This document shows positions 36,909 through 46,847 of a DNA stretch of 64,000 nt, piece after piece. Origin of the DNA: Candidatus Latescibacterota bacterium (GTDB lineage: Bacteria; Latescibacterota; UBA2968; UBA8231); contig OZ220089.1 in assembly GCA_964291625.2 (NCBI GenBank), positions 1,088,001 to 1,152,000 on the forward strand, read 5' to 3'. The stretch's first letter is position 1; every line of letters starts with the position of its first letter. The translations under genes were made by a program, and so were the position numbers. The notes beneath the pieces were generated by a model that saw only the letters and a list, made by a program, of their open reading frames with translations, was not told the origin of the DNA and searched no databases.

Positions 36909-39455
36909 ATGTCCGACGACTCCGAGAACCCCCAATCCCCCCCGGCGGCGGACCTGGCCGCCGCCCTCGCCCTCCTCCGGGCCCTCCATGGAGAGGACGT
37001 GCCGGACGGCCCCCTCGGTCCGGCGACCGTCCCCGAGAGCGTCCTCGCCCTGCCCATCAAGGCGGCGATGGAGCTCTTCGAATACCACGGCAAGGTCTGC
37101 ACCAACGTCCACTGCCACCACCTGCCGCCGCCCCTGCGGCCCTACCGGCGGATGCGCCGGCAGGCGATCCAGGGCGCCGCCAGCCAGGTGAACGAAGTCC
37201 TCTGGGTCTGGCCCGACCACGATCTGGTGGTCACCGTCCGCGAGGCGATCCTCGACGAGTACGACGAGCTGGCCAGCCTGGTCTCGAAGGGCGAGCTGCT
37301 GCAGGGCGGCCGCCTCGGCGAGCTGCTGAATGACCCCGAGGGCGTCTTCAATCTGACCGCCGTCCTCTGGGCGTCGCGATTCGAGTCCCCCCAGGCCGAG
37401 GAGCTGTTCCGCTGCCTCGTGCCTCTCGCCGTGGGCGCCTCCGCCTCCGGCACCGACGCCCCCCGGAGGCCCGGTGCGGACCGGGAGTCGATGAAGGAAC
37501 TGAAGGCCGAGTGCCGCAAGCTGCGCAGAGAGCTGAAGGGATCCGCCGACGAGGCCGGGAGGCTCCAGGCGGCCTTGCGGCGCAGCGAGCTGGCCCTCGA
37601 GAAGGTCCGGCGCGATCACGGAGAGACCCGCGAGCGGGCGGAGGCCGCGGCGGCGGAGGTCGGGCGCCTGGAGGACCGCCTGCGCCGCGGCGATTCCGCC
37701 ATCGAGGACCACCAGCTCAAGGCGGCCCAGGCCGAGAGGGTGAACGCCGACCTGCTCCGCGACCGCCGGCGGCTGCAGGAGGAGATCCGCCGCAAGGAGC
37801 AGGAGCGCAGCCGGCTGGCCTCGCGGCTGGCCAACGAGAACACCCGCCTGAAGCGCCTGGAGCAGCAGGCCGCCAGCCGTCCCAGGGGCGCCGATGCCGT
37901 GTGGAGGTTCCTGCGCCGGCAGAAGGAGCGCATCCAGGCGGACCTCGCCGGGGACGGGGCCGTCCGGGCGCGCGCCGAGGGCGACTGGAGCGCCCATCTC
38001 CGCCTGGAGGAGGCCTTCCTCGCGGCTCATCCCCGCTACCGGCCGGTCCCCGCGGTCTCCGTGCGGCCGCCGAAGCCGCCCCTGCGGCTCGATGCCCTCG
38101 GGGGCTCTTCGGAGATCGGCCGAAGCTGCTACCTCCTCGAGCTTGGAGGCCGCCGCATCCTGGTCGACTGCGGAATCAAGCCGGGCGCCTCCCGGGACCA
38201 GCACCCCGGCTTCGGCGGTCTCGACCGCATCGACGCCCTCCTGCTGACCCACGCCCACACCGACCACATCGGCTGGGTCCCCGCCCTGGTGCGCCGGTTC
38301 GGCGACGACCTCGACATCTACTGCTCGAGTGCCACCGCGGCGCTGCTTCCGGTGCAGCTGCAGGACTGCCGGCAGCACTACCTGCACAAGATGCGCCTGC
38401 AGCGCGACAACGCCCAGTACGGCTCCGACGAGGAAGGGCCCCGGGACGCGTACGGCCAGGAGGACGTGGACCGCGTCCCCTGCCAGGTCCACGCCTGCGG
38501 TTTCGAGGAGGAGACGCGTCTGCCCTTCGACGACATCTCGATCCGCTTCTTCCCCGCCGGCCACATCCTCGGCGCCGCGAGCATCCTCGTCGAGGACGGG
38601 CGTGGCCGCCGGGTGTTCTTCTCCGGCGACTTCTCCTCCTTCCCCCAGCTCACCACGCCCGCCGCCTCGTGGCCCGAGGACCTCGGCGAGGTCGACCTGC
38701 TGGTCCTCGAGTCCACCTACGGGAACCGCCGGCACCAGCCGATGGAGCGGGTGCGCGCCGACCTCGTGACCTTCCTCCGCGAGACGACCCAGACGCGGGA
38801 GGGCTCGGTGATCCTGGCCTCCTTCGCCCTCGGCCGCGCCCAGGAACTGCTCCAGCTCGTCGCCGCCGCCCAGGCCCGGGGCGAGCTTCCCGCCTCCCTC
38901 CCCGTCCACTTCGACGGCATGATCCGGGAGATCAACCCGATCTATGCCAACCACGCCGATTTCGATCTGCCCGAGAGCTTCCGCGAGGTCGCGGGCCCCT
39001 ACGACCGGCAGGAGGCCGCCGAGGGGGCGCGGACCGTCCCCTCCGTCATCGTCACCACCTCCGGCATGCTCACCGGGGGGCCGGTCGTCGAGTACGCCAG
39101 ACGGCTGCTGCCCGAACCCCGGCACCGCATCGTCCTCACGGGCTACCAGGACGAGGGCGCGCCGAGCCGCGCCTTGCGCGAGCTGGCCTCCCCGGGTCTC
39201 GCCCGGACCGTGCGGCTCTCCAACGGGGCCGGAGGGGGAGTCGAGATCCGGGCGGCCCTGCCGGCGAAGGAGGCGAGCCTCTCCGGGCACGCCGATCAGC
39301 CCGGACTCGTGAGCTACGCCGGGCGCCTGCGGCCGCGGCATATCGCCCTGGTGCACGGGGAGCCCGCCGCCCAGGAGGAGCTGGGGGCCCGGCTCGCCGA
39401 GCGGCATCCGGGGGCGGCGATCGTCGGCGGCCCCGACGAGCTTGAGATCGGGTGA
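36909..39455 (+). CDS. Beta-CASP metallo-beta-lactamase ribonuclease with long N-terminal extension and coiled coil
   Basis: LTHAHTDHIG, AGHILG, SGDF, ESTYG, FALGRAQE, SGML.GG, SGHAD, VHGE; heptad E/R/L-rich region before the nuclease. Confidence 0.82.
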   Translation: MSDDSENPQSPPAADLAAALALLRALHGEDVPDGPLGPATVPESVLALPIKAAMELFEYHGKVCTNVHCHHLPPPLRPYRRMRRQAIQGAASQVNEVLWVWPDHDLVVTVREAILDEYDELASLVSKGELLQGGRLGELLNDPEGVFNLTAVLWASRFESPQAEELFRCLVPLAVGASASGTDAPRRPGADRESMKELKAECRKLRRELKGSADEAGRLQAALRRSELALEKVRRDHGETRERAEAAAAEVGRLEDRLRRGDSAIEDHQLKAAQAERVNADLLRDRRRLQEEIRRKEQERSRLASRLANENTRLKRLEQQAASRPRGADAVWRFLRRQKERIQADLAGDGAVRARAEGDWSAHLRLEEAFLAAHPRYRPVPAVSVRPPKPPLRLDALGGSSEIGRSCYLLELGGRRILVDCGIKPGASRDQHPGFGGLDRIDALLLTHAHTDHIGWVPALVRRFGDDLDIYCSSATAALLPVQLQDCRQHYLHKMRLQRDNAQYGSDEEGPRDAYGQEDVDRVPCQVHACGFEEETRLPFDDISIRFFPAGHILGAASILVEDGRGRRVFFSGDFSSFPQLTTPAASWPEDLGEVDLLVLESTYGNRRHQPMERVRADLVTFLRETTQTREGSVILASFALGRAQELLQLVAAAQARGELPASLPVHFDGMIREINPIYANHADFDLPESFREVAGPYDRQEAAEGARTVPSVIVTTSGMLTGGPVVEYARRLLPEPRHRIVLTGYQDEGAPSRALRELASPGLARTVRLSNGAGGGVEIRAALPAKEASLSGHADQPGLVSYAGRLRPRHIALVHGEPAAQEELGARLAERHPGAAIVGGPDELEIG

Positions 39456-39458
39456 TGG

Positions 39459-40103
39459 GTGGCGGCGAGCATGGCACCACCGGTTCCTCCAAGCCCCACT
39501 CTTGCCAACGACATCGGCCTTGACCGGGTTGCACGTGTTGGTTCCCTTCGAACCTGCGCTGGCCAGGCAACAGTCTCTCCAGATAGAGAGGACCATCCAT
39601 TGCCCCCATACTCCGGCTCTGACGAGATCTACAGGGAGCTTGTCGAAGAGTCAGAGGAGAGCTGGCTGTACGGCTTGACCGCCTTCGCCATCATCGAGGA
39701 ACAGAGAATCGAGTGGATGCGCCATTTCGAGCAGAGTCGTGGAGAGCTGCCAGGACCGGACGAAGTCCGGGGCTGGTATGAACAGCAGCCCCCGACCGCC
39801 TTGCTCCGCGCCAAGGGAGAAGCCGAAAGCGCGCTCCAGACCTATTCCGAGGAGGTCAACGAACTCGTTATCGAAGAACAGCGGAGGGAGGTCGAGCAAG
39901 GCATGATCGTCGGTGAGATCAGAAGCCTCAAGCGCTTCTGGCCTCAGTTCGGCATGAGTCTGGCAGGAGGATTCGTCGGGGCGATGCTCTTTGCCGCTCT
40001 GCTGGGGCTGTTTACGTTCTTTGTGGTGAGTGACACCTCCCCTGTCGAGATCGCCAGGCAACTCCGAAATGACACGGAGGCAGTAGAGGATGGCCAGGAG
40101 TAA
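39459..40103 (+). CDS. Hypothetical protein with C-terminal TM helix
   Basis: 214-aa ORF in visibly lower-GC DNA; hydrophobic segment near C-terminus; start uncertain. Confidence 0.6.
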   Translation: MAASMAPPVPPSPTLANDIGLDRVARVGSLRTCAGQATVSPDREDHPLPPYSGSDEIYRELVEESEESWLYGLTAFAIIEEQRIEWMRHFEQSRGELPGPDEVRGWYEQQPPTALLRAKGEAESALQTYSEEVNELVIEEQRREVEQGMIVGEIRSLKRFWPQFGMSLAGGFVGAMLFAALLGLFTFFVVSDTSPVEIARQLRNDTEAVEDGQE

Positions 40104-40341
40104 TGAGAAGACGAGCACGCGCGCCGCATCCGCAGCTTCGCGGGTCTTGAGAGACAGCAAGTCCAGCAAGTCGGCGAAATCCGCAGCTGGCTCCGCCCTG
40201 TCACAGCGGAGGACTACGAAGGTCACCTCGAGCCGTGCTGCATCGGCCGCCTCCAAGACCCTTCGAAACAGGGGCTCAAGCAAGACCGCAAAGACCTCCT
40301 CGGGCTCCGCGCTGACCCAACGGCCCAACCGGAAGAAGTAA
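40090..40341 (+). CDS. Small basic Ser/Ala/Lys/Arg-rich protein with two internal repeats
   Basis: AGAGGA RBS; repeated TS.RAASAAS..LR...SSK.AK...GSAL.QR unit. Confidence 0.7.
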   Translation: MARSNEKTSTRAASAASRVLRDSKSSKSAKSAAGSALSQRRTTKVTSSRAASAASKTLRNRGSSKTAKTSSGSALTQRPNRKK

Positions 40342-40381
40342 GGTCCCTTTCATTCCCGACACGCAGGACCTGGAGAGAGAG

Positions 40382-41122
40382 ATGAATGCCCTCGATGGCG
40401 ACGGAGCGGTCACCCGCGCCCGCCGCAGCGGGCGTGGCCCGCTGATCTGGCTGGCCGGCGACCCGAAGGACCTGGCCGAGTGGATGCCCCTCGGCATCGC
40501 CGGCATCGTCACCAACACGGTCGTGCTCAACCAGATGGTGAAGATCTACGGCCCCGTGACCAGCGTCATCCGGGCCTACCTCGACATCACCGACAAGCCG
40601 GTGGTGGTCGAGATCGACGGACACAGCGTCGAGGAGCTGCTCGACGTGGGCCGCGCCTTCACGGAGATGTCGGACCAGGTGATCCTCAAGATCCCGTGCA
40701 CCGTGAACGGCCTCAAGGCCTTCGCCGCCTTCCGCGACGAGGGGGTGGAGACCTACTGCACCACCTGCTTCTCCCTGACCCAGGCCGCGGCCGTGGCGGC
40801 GGCGGGAGTCGATCACATCCTGCCGTTCTGCGATCCGGTGAAAGCGGTGGGAGGGGACCCCACCAAGCTGATCCGCGAGTGCGTGCAGATGTTCAGCGGC
40901 TGGGAGCAGCGCCCCTTCATCCAGGCGGCCCTGATCCGCTCCGTCGACACGGCGTACGCCGCCTTCCGCGACGGCTGCGACGAGCTGGTCACCATGTGGA
41001 CGGTCTACCGCGACATGCTGGAGCACCCGCTCACCGACCAGTGGAACCAGACCTTCATGGACGAGTGGGTCGACATGCACCGCAGCGGCATGCTGGAGGG
41101 CCTGCCGGTGCGGCTCGACTGA
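40382..41122 (+). CDS. Transaldolase/fructose-6-phosphate aldolase family protein (divergent)
   Basis: GIVTNT, ILKIP.T.NGL Schiff-base Lys, T.CFS..QA, AALIRS. Confidence 0.75.
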   Translation: MNALDGDGAVTRARRSGRGPLIWLAGDPKDLAEWMPLGIAGIVTNTVVLNQMVKIYGPVTSVIRAYLDITDKPVVVEIDGHSVEELLDVGRAFTEMSDQVILKIPCTVNGLKAFAAFRDEGVETYCTTCFSLTQAAAVAAAGVDHILPFCDPVKAVGGDPTKLIRECVQMFSGWEQRPFIQAALIRSVDTAYAAFRDGCDELVTMWTVYRDMLEHPLTDQWNQTFMDEWVDMHRSGMLEGLPVRLD

Positions 41123-41123
41123 C

Positions 41124-41888
41124 CTAGCTCCCGGGGATCTCCTCCAGCAGCCGGGTCCAGGCCCGGGCCAGGTCCATCACGTCGCCGCCGCAGACCACCA
41201 GGTCGCAGCCGGCCTCCATCGCCGCCTCCAGGAGCGGCCCCGGCAGGGTGAAGATGCCGCAGTGCCGGCCCGCGGCCTTCGCCTTCCCGATGCAGGACAG
41301 GACCATCTCCCGCAGGCGCGGGTCGGTCATCTGGCCGGTGACGCCGAGGTTCACGGACAGGTCCCCCGGCCCGAGGAAGATCCCCGACAGGCCCTCCACC
41401 CGCAGGATCTCGTCGACGTTCTCCACCGCCCGCACCGTCTCCACCTGGGTGAAGAGGTGGGTCCCCTCGTTGGCCCGGGCCATCGCCTCCAGCGGGTCGG
41501 CGAGGCCGAAGCCCATGCCCGGCGTGCGCGTATTGAAGCCGCGGGCCCCCACCGGGGCGTACATGCCGTACTCCACGACCCGGCGGGCGTGGTCGGCGTC
41601 GTCGACCATGGGTACCACCACGATGCGCGCTCCCGACTCCAGGGCCCGCAGCACGTGGTGCCGCTCGCCGTCGGGCAGGCGCACGAGCGGCAGGGCCCCT
41701 CCGGCCTCGGCGGCGGTGCACAGGGCCTCGACCCGCTCGAACCCCGAGGGCCCGTGCTCCATCTCGATCCAGACCGCCTCCCAGCCGATCTGCGCCGCCA
41801 GACGCACGAGCACCGGCGAGCCGCTGTTCACGGTGACGCCGCGCACCCTCCGCGGCTGTCCACTGGCGTCGAGAAAGACATCGTCCAT
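41124..41888 (-). CDS. HpcH/HpaI aldolase family protein
   Basis: WIEMEHG, VVPMVD, QVET..AVEN.DEI, FLGPGDLS. Confidence 0.88.
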   Translation of the reverse strand: MDDVFLDASGQPRRVRGVTVNSGSPVLVRLAAQIGWEAVWIEMEHGPSGFERVEALCTAAEAGGALPLVRLPDGERHHVLRALESGARIVVVPMVDDADHARRVVEYGMYAPVGARGFNTRTPGMGFGLADPLEAMARANEGTHLFTQVETVRAVENVDEILRVEGLSGIFLGPGDLSVNLGVTGQMTDPRLREMVLSCIGKAKAAGRHCGIFTLPGPLLEAAMEAGCDLVVCGGDVMDLARAWTRLLEEIPGS

Positions 41889-42121
41889 GGCGGCGGTCTC
41901 CTTGTGCTGGTGAGAGGACGGAGGCGAGACGGCGCCCAGCGAGGCGGCGCCCGCCGCGGGCGGTGAAGGCGGAGAAAGTAAGCGGCGCCGGCCCTCACGG
42001 GGCGAGTTGCCAGGGGATCCCTCGGCCTTTCCCCGGCCCGCGGCGGGCCATTGATTAGCGCGGACCGCGCCATCTCCTCCCGAAGAGACCCCTCCACCTG
42101 GCCGCCATCGAACCCGCCGCC

Positions 42122-42892
42122 ATGCGCAAGATCGACTGCCACATGCACGTCAACGGCGCCGGCATCGCCTGGGGCTGGGACCACAACGACCGCATCATCG
42201 AGACCGCCGACGCCCTCGGCATCGACGAGCTCTACGTCAGCATCCCCGTCACCCGGGGCCTGCCGGAGTTCAGCCGGGTGCGGGAGTGCAACGACGCCGT
42301 CCTCGAGGCCATGGCGCGCTACCGGGGCCGCCTCTTCGGCTACTGTTTCGTCGTCCCCGGCCACCGGGAGTCCCTCGACGAGATCGACCGCTGCCTCGAC
42401 GCGGGCATGTCCGGCGTCAAGCTCTACAACCAGTACCGGATCTGCGATCCCGCCGTCTTCCCCGTCCTCGAGAAGGCGATCGAGGCGGGCGTGCCCGTCC
42501 TCGAGCACGCGGGACGGCCGACGACTCGGGACTTCCTCGACCAGCAGCCGAACATCTCCGACGCCGGGCACTTCGTCGAGGCCGCCCGCCGCTACCCGGA
42601 GTGCATGCTCATCGAGGCCCACATCGGCGGCGGCGGCGACTGGGAGTGGGCGCTGAAGCAGCTGCGCGACGCACCCTCCGTCTACCTCGACACCTCGGGA
42701 TCGATCATCGACGACGGCATGGTCGAGGCCTGCGTCCGCGAGCTGGGGGTGGGCCGCATCCTCTTCGCCACGGACATGACCATGGAAGGGGGCGTGGGCA
42801 AGATCCTCGGCGCCGAGCTGACCGAGGCCCAGAAGGAGAGGATCTTCTGGAAGAACTTCCAGGCCATGCTCGACCGGCGCCGGGGAGGGTGA
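42122..42892 (+). CDS. Amidohydrolase-2 family protein
   Basis: IDCHMH, GVKLY, VLEH, AHIGG, LDTSGS, ILFATD. Confidence 0.85.
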   Translation: MRKIDCHMHVNGAGIAWGWDHNDRIIETADALGIDELYVSIPVTRGLPEFSRVRECNDAVLEAMARYRGRLFGYCFVVPGHRESLDEIDRCLDAGMSGVKLYNQYRICDPAVFPVLEKAIEAGVPVLEHAGRPTTRDFLDQQPNISDAGHFVEAARRYPECMLIEAHIGGGGDWEWALKQLRDAPSVYLDTSGSIIDDGMVEACVRELGVGRILFATDMTMEGGVGKILGAELTEAQKERIFWKNFQAMLDRRRGG

Positions 42893-42896
42893 AGGG

Positions 42897-43670
42897 GTGC
42901 TGATCGACATCAACACCTGGATCGGCCACTGGCCCTTCCGCCGGCTCTCCAGGGCCACCGCCGGCGGCCTGCTGCGGCGGATGGACCGCAAGGGCATCGA
43001 TCTGGCCGTGGTCGCCGACGTGAGCGCCGCCCTCTACCGCAACAGCCACGCCGCCAACGAGGACTTGGCCGCCCAGGTGCGCCGGCACCGGGACCGCCTG
43101 CTGCCTGTGGCCACCCTCAACCCCGGCTACCCGGGCTGGCGCGAGGACCTGCGGCGCTGCGCCGAGGAGCTGGGCATGGCGGGCCTGCGGCTCTACCCCC
43201 AGTACCACGAGTACCGCCTCACCGACCCCGAGGCCCTGGAGCTGATCGACGCCGCCAGCGAGCGCGGCTTCTTCGTACAGGTGCCCCAGCGGGTCGAGGA
43301 CCGCCGCACCCGGCACCCCTGGGACCGGGCGCGCGACCTGTCGGGCGACGAGTTCCACCAGGCCCTTCAGGCCCGGCCGAAGGTGAGATGGATGTTCCTG
43401 AACGCCCTCGGCCTGCCGGTGAAGAGCTTCCCGGAGGCCCGGTACGTGGCCGACATCTCGCGCCTGGCGGCGGTGCTGCAGCGCTCCGTGCAGGCCTTCC
43501 TCGACAAGGGCGGCGACGACAAGCTCGCCTTCGGCACGGGCATGGTCTTCAAGGTCCCGGACCCGGCCCTGCTGAAGCTGGAGCTCCTCGACCGGGGCAA
43601 GAGGGTGCGCGACCGCGTCGCCTTCCGCAACGCGGCGAACCTGATTGGACTGAAAGGAGTTGGGAGATGA
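42897..43670 (+). CDS. Amidohydrolase-fold protein (metal ligands apparently degenerate)
   Basis: IDINTWIGHWPF, GLRLYPQYH, AFGTG, NAA; HxH and the terminal Asp are absent. Confidence 0.7.
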   Translation: MLIDINTWIGHWPFRRLSRATAGGLLRRMDRKGIDLAVVADVSAALYRNSHAANEDLAAQVRRHRDRLLPVATLNPGYPGWREDLRRCAEELGMAGLRLYPQYHEYRLTDPEALELIDAASERGFFVQVPQRVEDRRTRHPWDRARDLSGDEFHQALQARPKVRWMFLNALGLPVKSFPEARYVADISRLAAVLQRSVQAFLDKGGDDKLAFGTGMVFKVPDPALLKLELLDRGKRVRDRVAFRNAANLIGLKGVGR

Positions 43671-44419
43671 CCGATACGACCGGCGCCAGGACCGACTTCG
43701 ACCGCGACGGCTTCGTTTTGCTGCGCGAGTACCTGTCGCCGCCGGAGGCCGCCGAGGTGAGCGCCAACATCCAGCGCTTCGTCGACGAGGTGCTGCCCGG
43801 GGCGCCCGAGAACACGGCGTTCTACGAAGACCCGGCGGACCCGTCGACGATCAAGAGGCTCCAGAACATGGCGGACCTCGATCCCTGGTTCGACGAGCTG
43901 TGCCGCTCCGACCGCTTCCTGGGGCTCGCCTCGGAGCTGCTCGGCGAGGAAGCCGTGGTCCGCAACCAGCAGTGGTTCAACAAGCCGGCCCGCGCCGGCG
44001 CCGTGACGCCGCCCCACCAGGACGGCTTCTACTTCATGCTCGAGCCGAACCACGCCGTGACCCTGTGGCTCGCCCTCGATCAGATCGACGAGGAGAACGG
44101 CTGCATCCGCTACGTGCGCGGCTCCCACCGCCTCGGCATACGCGTCCACCAGCCCTCCGACGTGCTCGGCTTCTCCCTGGGGCTGCCCGACTACGGCGAC
44201 GAGGACCGCGCCCTCGAGACGCCGATCCACGCGCAGCCGGGAGACCTCTTCGCCCACCACTGCATGGTGATCCACCGCGCCGACGCCAACGAGTCCGACC
44301 GCGGGCGCTCGGCTCTCGGCCTCGTCTACTACGCCGGATCGGCCAAGGTCGACGACGAGCGCGCCGCCCGCTACCGCGAGGAGCTGTTCGCCCGGTGGAA
44401 GCGGGAGGGGAGGCTGTGA
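43667..44419 (+). CDS. Phytanoyl-CoA dioxygenase (PhyH) family Fe/2OG enzyme
   Basis: RDGF, FNKP, TPPHQD, WLALD, ENGC, HHCMVIHRA. Confidence 0.88.
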   Translation: MTDTTGARTDFDRDGFVLLREYLSPPEAAEVSANIQRFVDEVLPGAPENTAFYEDPADPSTIKRLQNMADLDPWFDELCRSDRFLGLASELLGEEAVVRNQQWFNKPARAGAVTPPHQDGFYFMLEPNHAVTLWLALDQIDEENGCIRYVRGSHRLGIRVHQPSDVLGFSLGLPDYGDEDRALETPIHAQPGDLFAHHCMVIHRADANESDRGRSALGLVYYAGSAKVDDERAARYREELFARWKREGRL

Positions 44420-45099
44420 CCGCCGGCACGGGGAACGGTCCCGGACCCTACACGATCCGCCGCGCCCCCGAGGCCCTGGGCGATCCCTCGGCCGAGGCCG
44501 GACGGTCCCTGTGGTCGGCCGCCGAGGAGCTGGAGGTCACCCACTACGTATGGCCGGACTCCGGCCACCGTCCCCGCACGCGGGCCCGCCTCCTCTGGGA
44601 CGACGGCTGGCTCGCCGTCCTCTTCGTCGTCGACGACCGCTACGTGCGCGCCGTGGCCCGAAGGTTCAACGACTCCGTCTGCCACGACAGCTGCGTCGAG
44701 TTCTTCGTCGCCCCCGCCGCCGACCCGGCCGGGGGCGCCTACTTCAACTTCGAGGTCAACTGCGGCGGCACCATGCTCCTCTACCGCTGCGGCTCGTCCA
44801 CCATCGAGGTCCCGGAAGAGGACGGCGCCACCATCGCCATGGCCCACACCCAGCCGAGGATCGTCGATCCCGAGGTCGCCGGCCCCACCACATGGGCGGT
44901 GGAGTACCACGTGCCCTGGAGCCTCTTCGAAAAGCACTTCGGCCCCGTGACCCCGTCGGCCGGCACCGTCTGGCGGGCCAACTTCTACAAGTGCGGCGAC
45001 CGCACCTCCCACCCCCACTGGGGATCGTGGGCTCCCGTGGACTCGCCGCGGCCGAACTTCCACCTTCCCGCCTCCTTCCGCCCCATCCACTTCGCCTGA
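44416..45099 (+). CDS. Carbohydrate-binding family 9-like (DOMON) protein
   Basis: DSCVEFF, YFNFEVNCGG, WRANFYKCGD.TSHPHW; GTGA overlap. Confidence 0.8.
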   Translation: MTAGTGNGPGPYTIRRAPEALGDPSAEAGRSLWSAAEELEVTHYVWPDSGHRPRTRARLLWDDGWLAVLFVVDDRYVRAVARRFNDSVCHDSCVEFFVAPAADPAGGAYFNFEVNCGGTMLLYRCGSSTIEVPEEDGATIAMAHTQPRIVDPEVAGPTTWAVEYHVPWSLFEKHFGPVTPSAGTVWRANFYKCGDRTSHPHWGSWAPVDSPRPNFHLPASFRPIHFA

Positions 45100-45110
45100 G
45101 AGGCGCAAAG

Positions 45111-45793
45111 ATGGAATACACGATCCGCCGCGCCGCCTCACCCCTCGGGCCACCCGCCGCCGACTGGGACCGGCCCCCCTGGCCCTCGGCCGACATCCTG
45201 ACTCTGGACTGCTGGCCATGGGGGGACTCCGGCCACCACCCGCCGACCTCGGCGCGGGTCCTCTACGACGACGACTTCCTCGCCGTCATCTTCCGCGTCG
45301 AGGACCGCTACGTGCGCGCCGTGGCCGAGCGCTTCGGCGACCCGGTGAGCGAGGACAGCTGCGTGGAGTTCTTCCTGTCGCCCTTCCCCATGGGCGAGAC
45401 CGACGCCTACTTCAACTTCGAGGTCAACTGCGGGGGCGTGCTGCTCCTGCGCCGGTGCTCGTCCACCACCGAGCGCGGCTGGGGGCGGCCCAACCCCCTC
45501 CTGGCCGAGGAGGACGCCCGCCTCGTACGCATCGCCCACTCCCTGCCGGAGCGGGTCGAGCCCGAGATCGCCGCGCCGACCACCTGGACGGTGGAGTACC
45601 ACGTCCCCTTCGAGCTCTTCGGCCGCTACTCGTCGATCTTCCGCGGCCCACGGCCGGCACCGAGTGGAAGGGGAACCTCTACAAGTGCGGGGGGAAGACC
45701 TCCCATCCCCACTGGGGGACCTGGGCTCCCATCGAGCTGGCCGAGCCCTCCTTCCACGAGCCCGCCTTCTTCCAGCCCCTGCGCTTCGCCTGA
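45111..45793 (+). CDS. Carbohydrate-binding family 9-like protein, paralog, with apparent frameshift near 45630
   Basis: N-part DSCVEFF/YFNFEVNCGG in one frame; C-part WKGNLYKCGGKTSHPHW...PLRFA in another. Confidence 0.72.
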
Positions 45794-45803
45794 GGCGGGC
45801 GCC

Positions 45804-46751
45804 TCACTCCGGCCACAGGGCCTCGCCGCGGCAGCGGCCGAAGCGGTCCCGCAGCCACTGCAGGTGCTCCGGCGGCAGCGGCGGTCCGGTGATCGCCCGG
45901 GCGCCGGCCTCGAGGTGCCCGGGGTCCCCCGTGCCGACCAGCACCACGTCGATCCCCTCGCAGGCCGCGGCGAACCGGAAGGCCAGCTCCGCCCAGGTGC
46001 CCGGCGGCTCGCCGAGGAGGAAGCGCAGGTCGTCGGGGGTGCCCGCGTCCAGCCTGGCCAGGGTCCGCGCCAGGGCCTCCTCGCTCACCAGGGCCCCCCG
46101 GGCGGCGCTCATGCAGATCACCCCGGCGCCGTTGTCCCGAGCCGGCGGGAAGGCGCAGGTGTCGCCGGCCTGGTCGAAGATCCCGTACTGGACCATCACC
46201 GAGTCCCACAGGCCCGAGGCGCTGGCCCGGGTGGCCATCTGCTGGGAGTAGTCGAACATCGGCTGCTCGCTGAGCCCGATGAACCGGACCTTGCCCTGCT
46301 CGCGGAGCCGCTCGGCCACGGGCAGCAGTTGCTCGACGAAGATGTCGAGGGCGGCCGGCCCCACGCCGTGGTACTGGAAGAGGTCGATCCGGTCCCGGCG
46401 CAGGTCGCGCAGGCTCCCCTCCACCGAATCGATGACGAGCCGGGGGTCCGTGTCCGGCCTGCGCTCGGGATTCTCCCCGTCGGCCCAGTCGTACATCCAG
46501 GCCTTGGTGGCCACGGTCACGTCCGCGGCTGCGGCGCCCCTCGCCTGCAGGGCCCGGCCGATGGCGTCCTCGGTGCCGTAGGTGCGGGCCGTGTCGATGA
46601 AGTTGACCCCCAGGTCGAGGGCGCGGCCGATGAGGCGGTCCATGTCGTCGAGGGTGGCGTCACGCGACCGCCCCAGGCGGGAGGGACCGCCGGCGCCGAG
46701 GCCGACGCGGGAGACATGCAGGCCGGTGCGGCCGAGGGTGGTGTACTGCAT
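45804..46751 (-). CDS. Aldo/keto reductase
   Basis: LGRTGL.VS.VGLG, NFIDTARTYG.E, ATK, SLRDL..DRIDLFQYH, GKVRFIGLS. Confidence 0.88.
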   Translation of the reverse strand: MQYTTLGRTGLHVSRVGLGAGGPSRLGRSRDATLDDMDRLIGRALDLGVNFIDTARTYGTEDAIGRALQARGAAAADVTVATKAWMYDWADGENPERRPDTDPRLVIDSVEGSLRDLRRDRIDLFQYHGVGPAALDIFVEQLLPVAERLREQGKVRFIGLSEQPMFDYSQQMATRASASGLWDSVMVQYGIFDQAGDTCAFPPARDNGAGVICMSAARGALVSEEALARTLARLDAGTPDDLRFLLGEPPGTWAELAFRFAAACEGIDVVLVGTGDPGHLEAGARAITGPPLPPEHLQWLRDRFGRCRGEALWPE

Positions 46752-46847
46752 CAGGTACTCCTTCGGCTCAGGGGCCGGGGCCCGGCTGCCCTGGGCATGG
46801 TACTCGGCGGTCCTCTCTCCGCGACGAGTTCCGCGGCGAGGCGGGGG

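Noticed and set aside
41948-42049. 13-bp inverted repeat GCCCGCCGCGGGC / GCCCGCGGCGGGC as a MITE
   Set aside because: All-GC, nearly self-palindromic, no target duplication or other copies seen; likely chance
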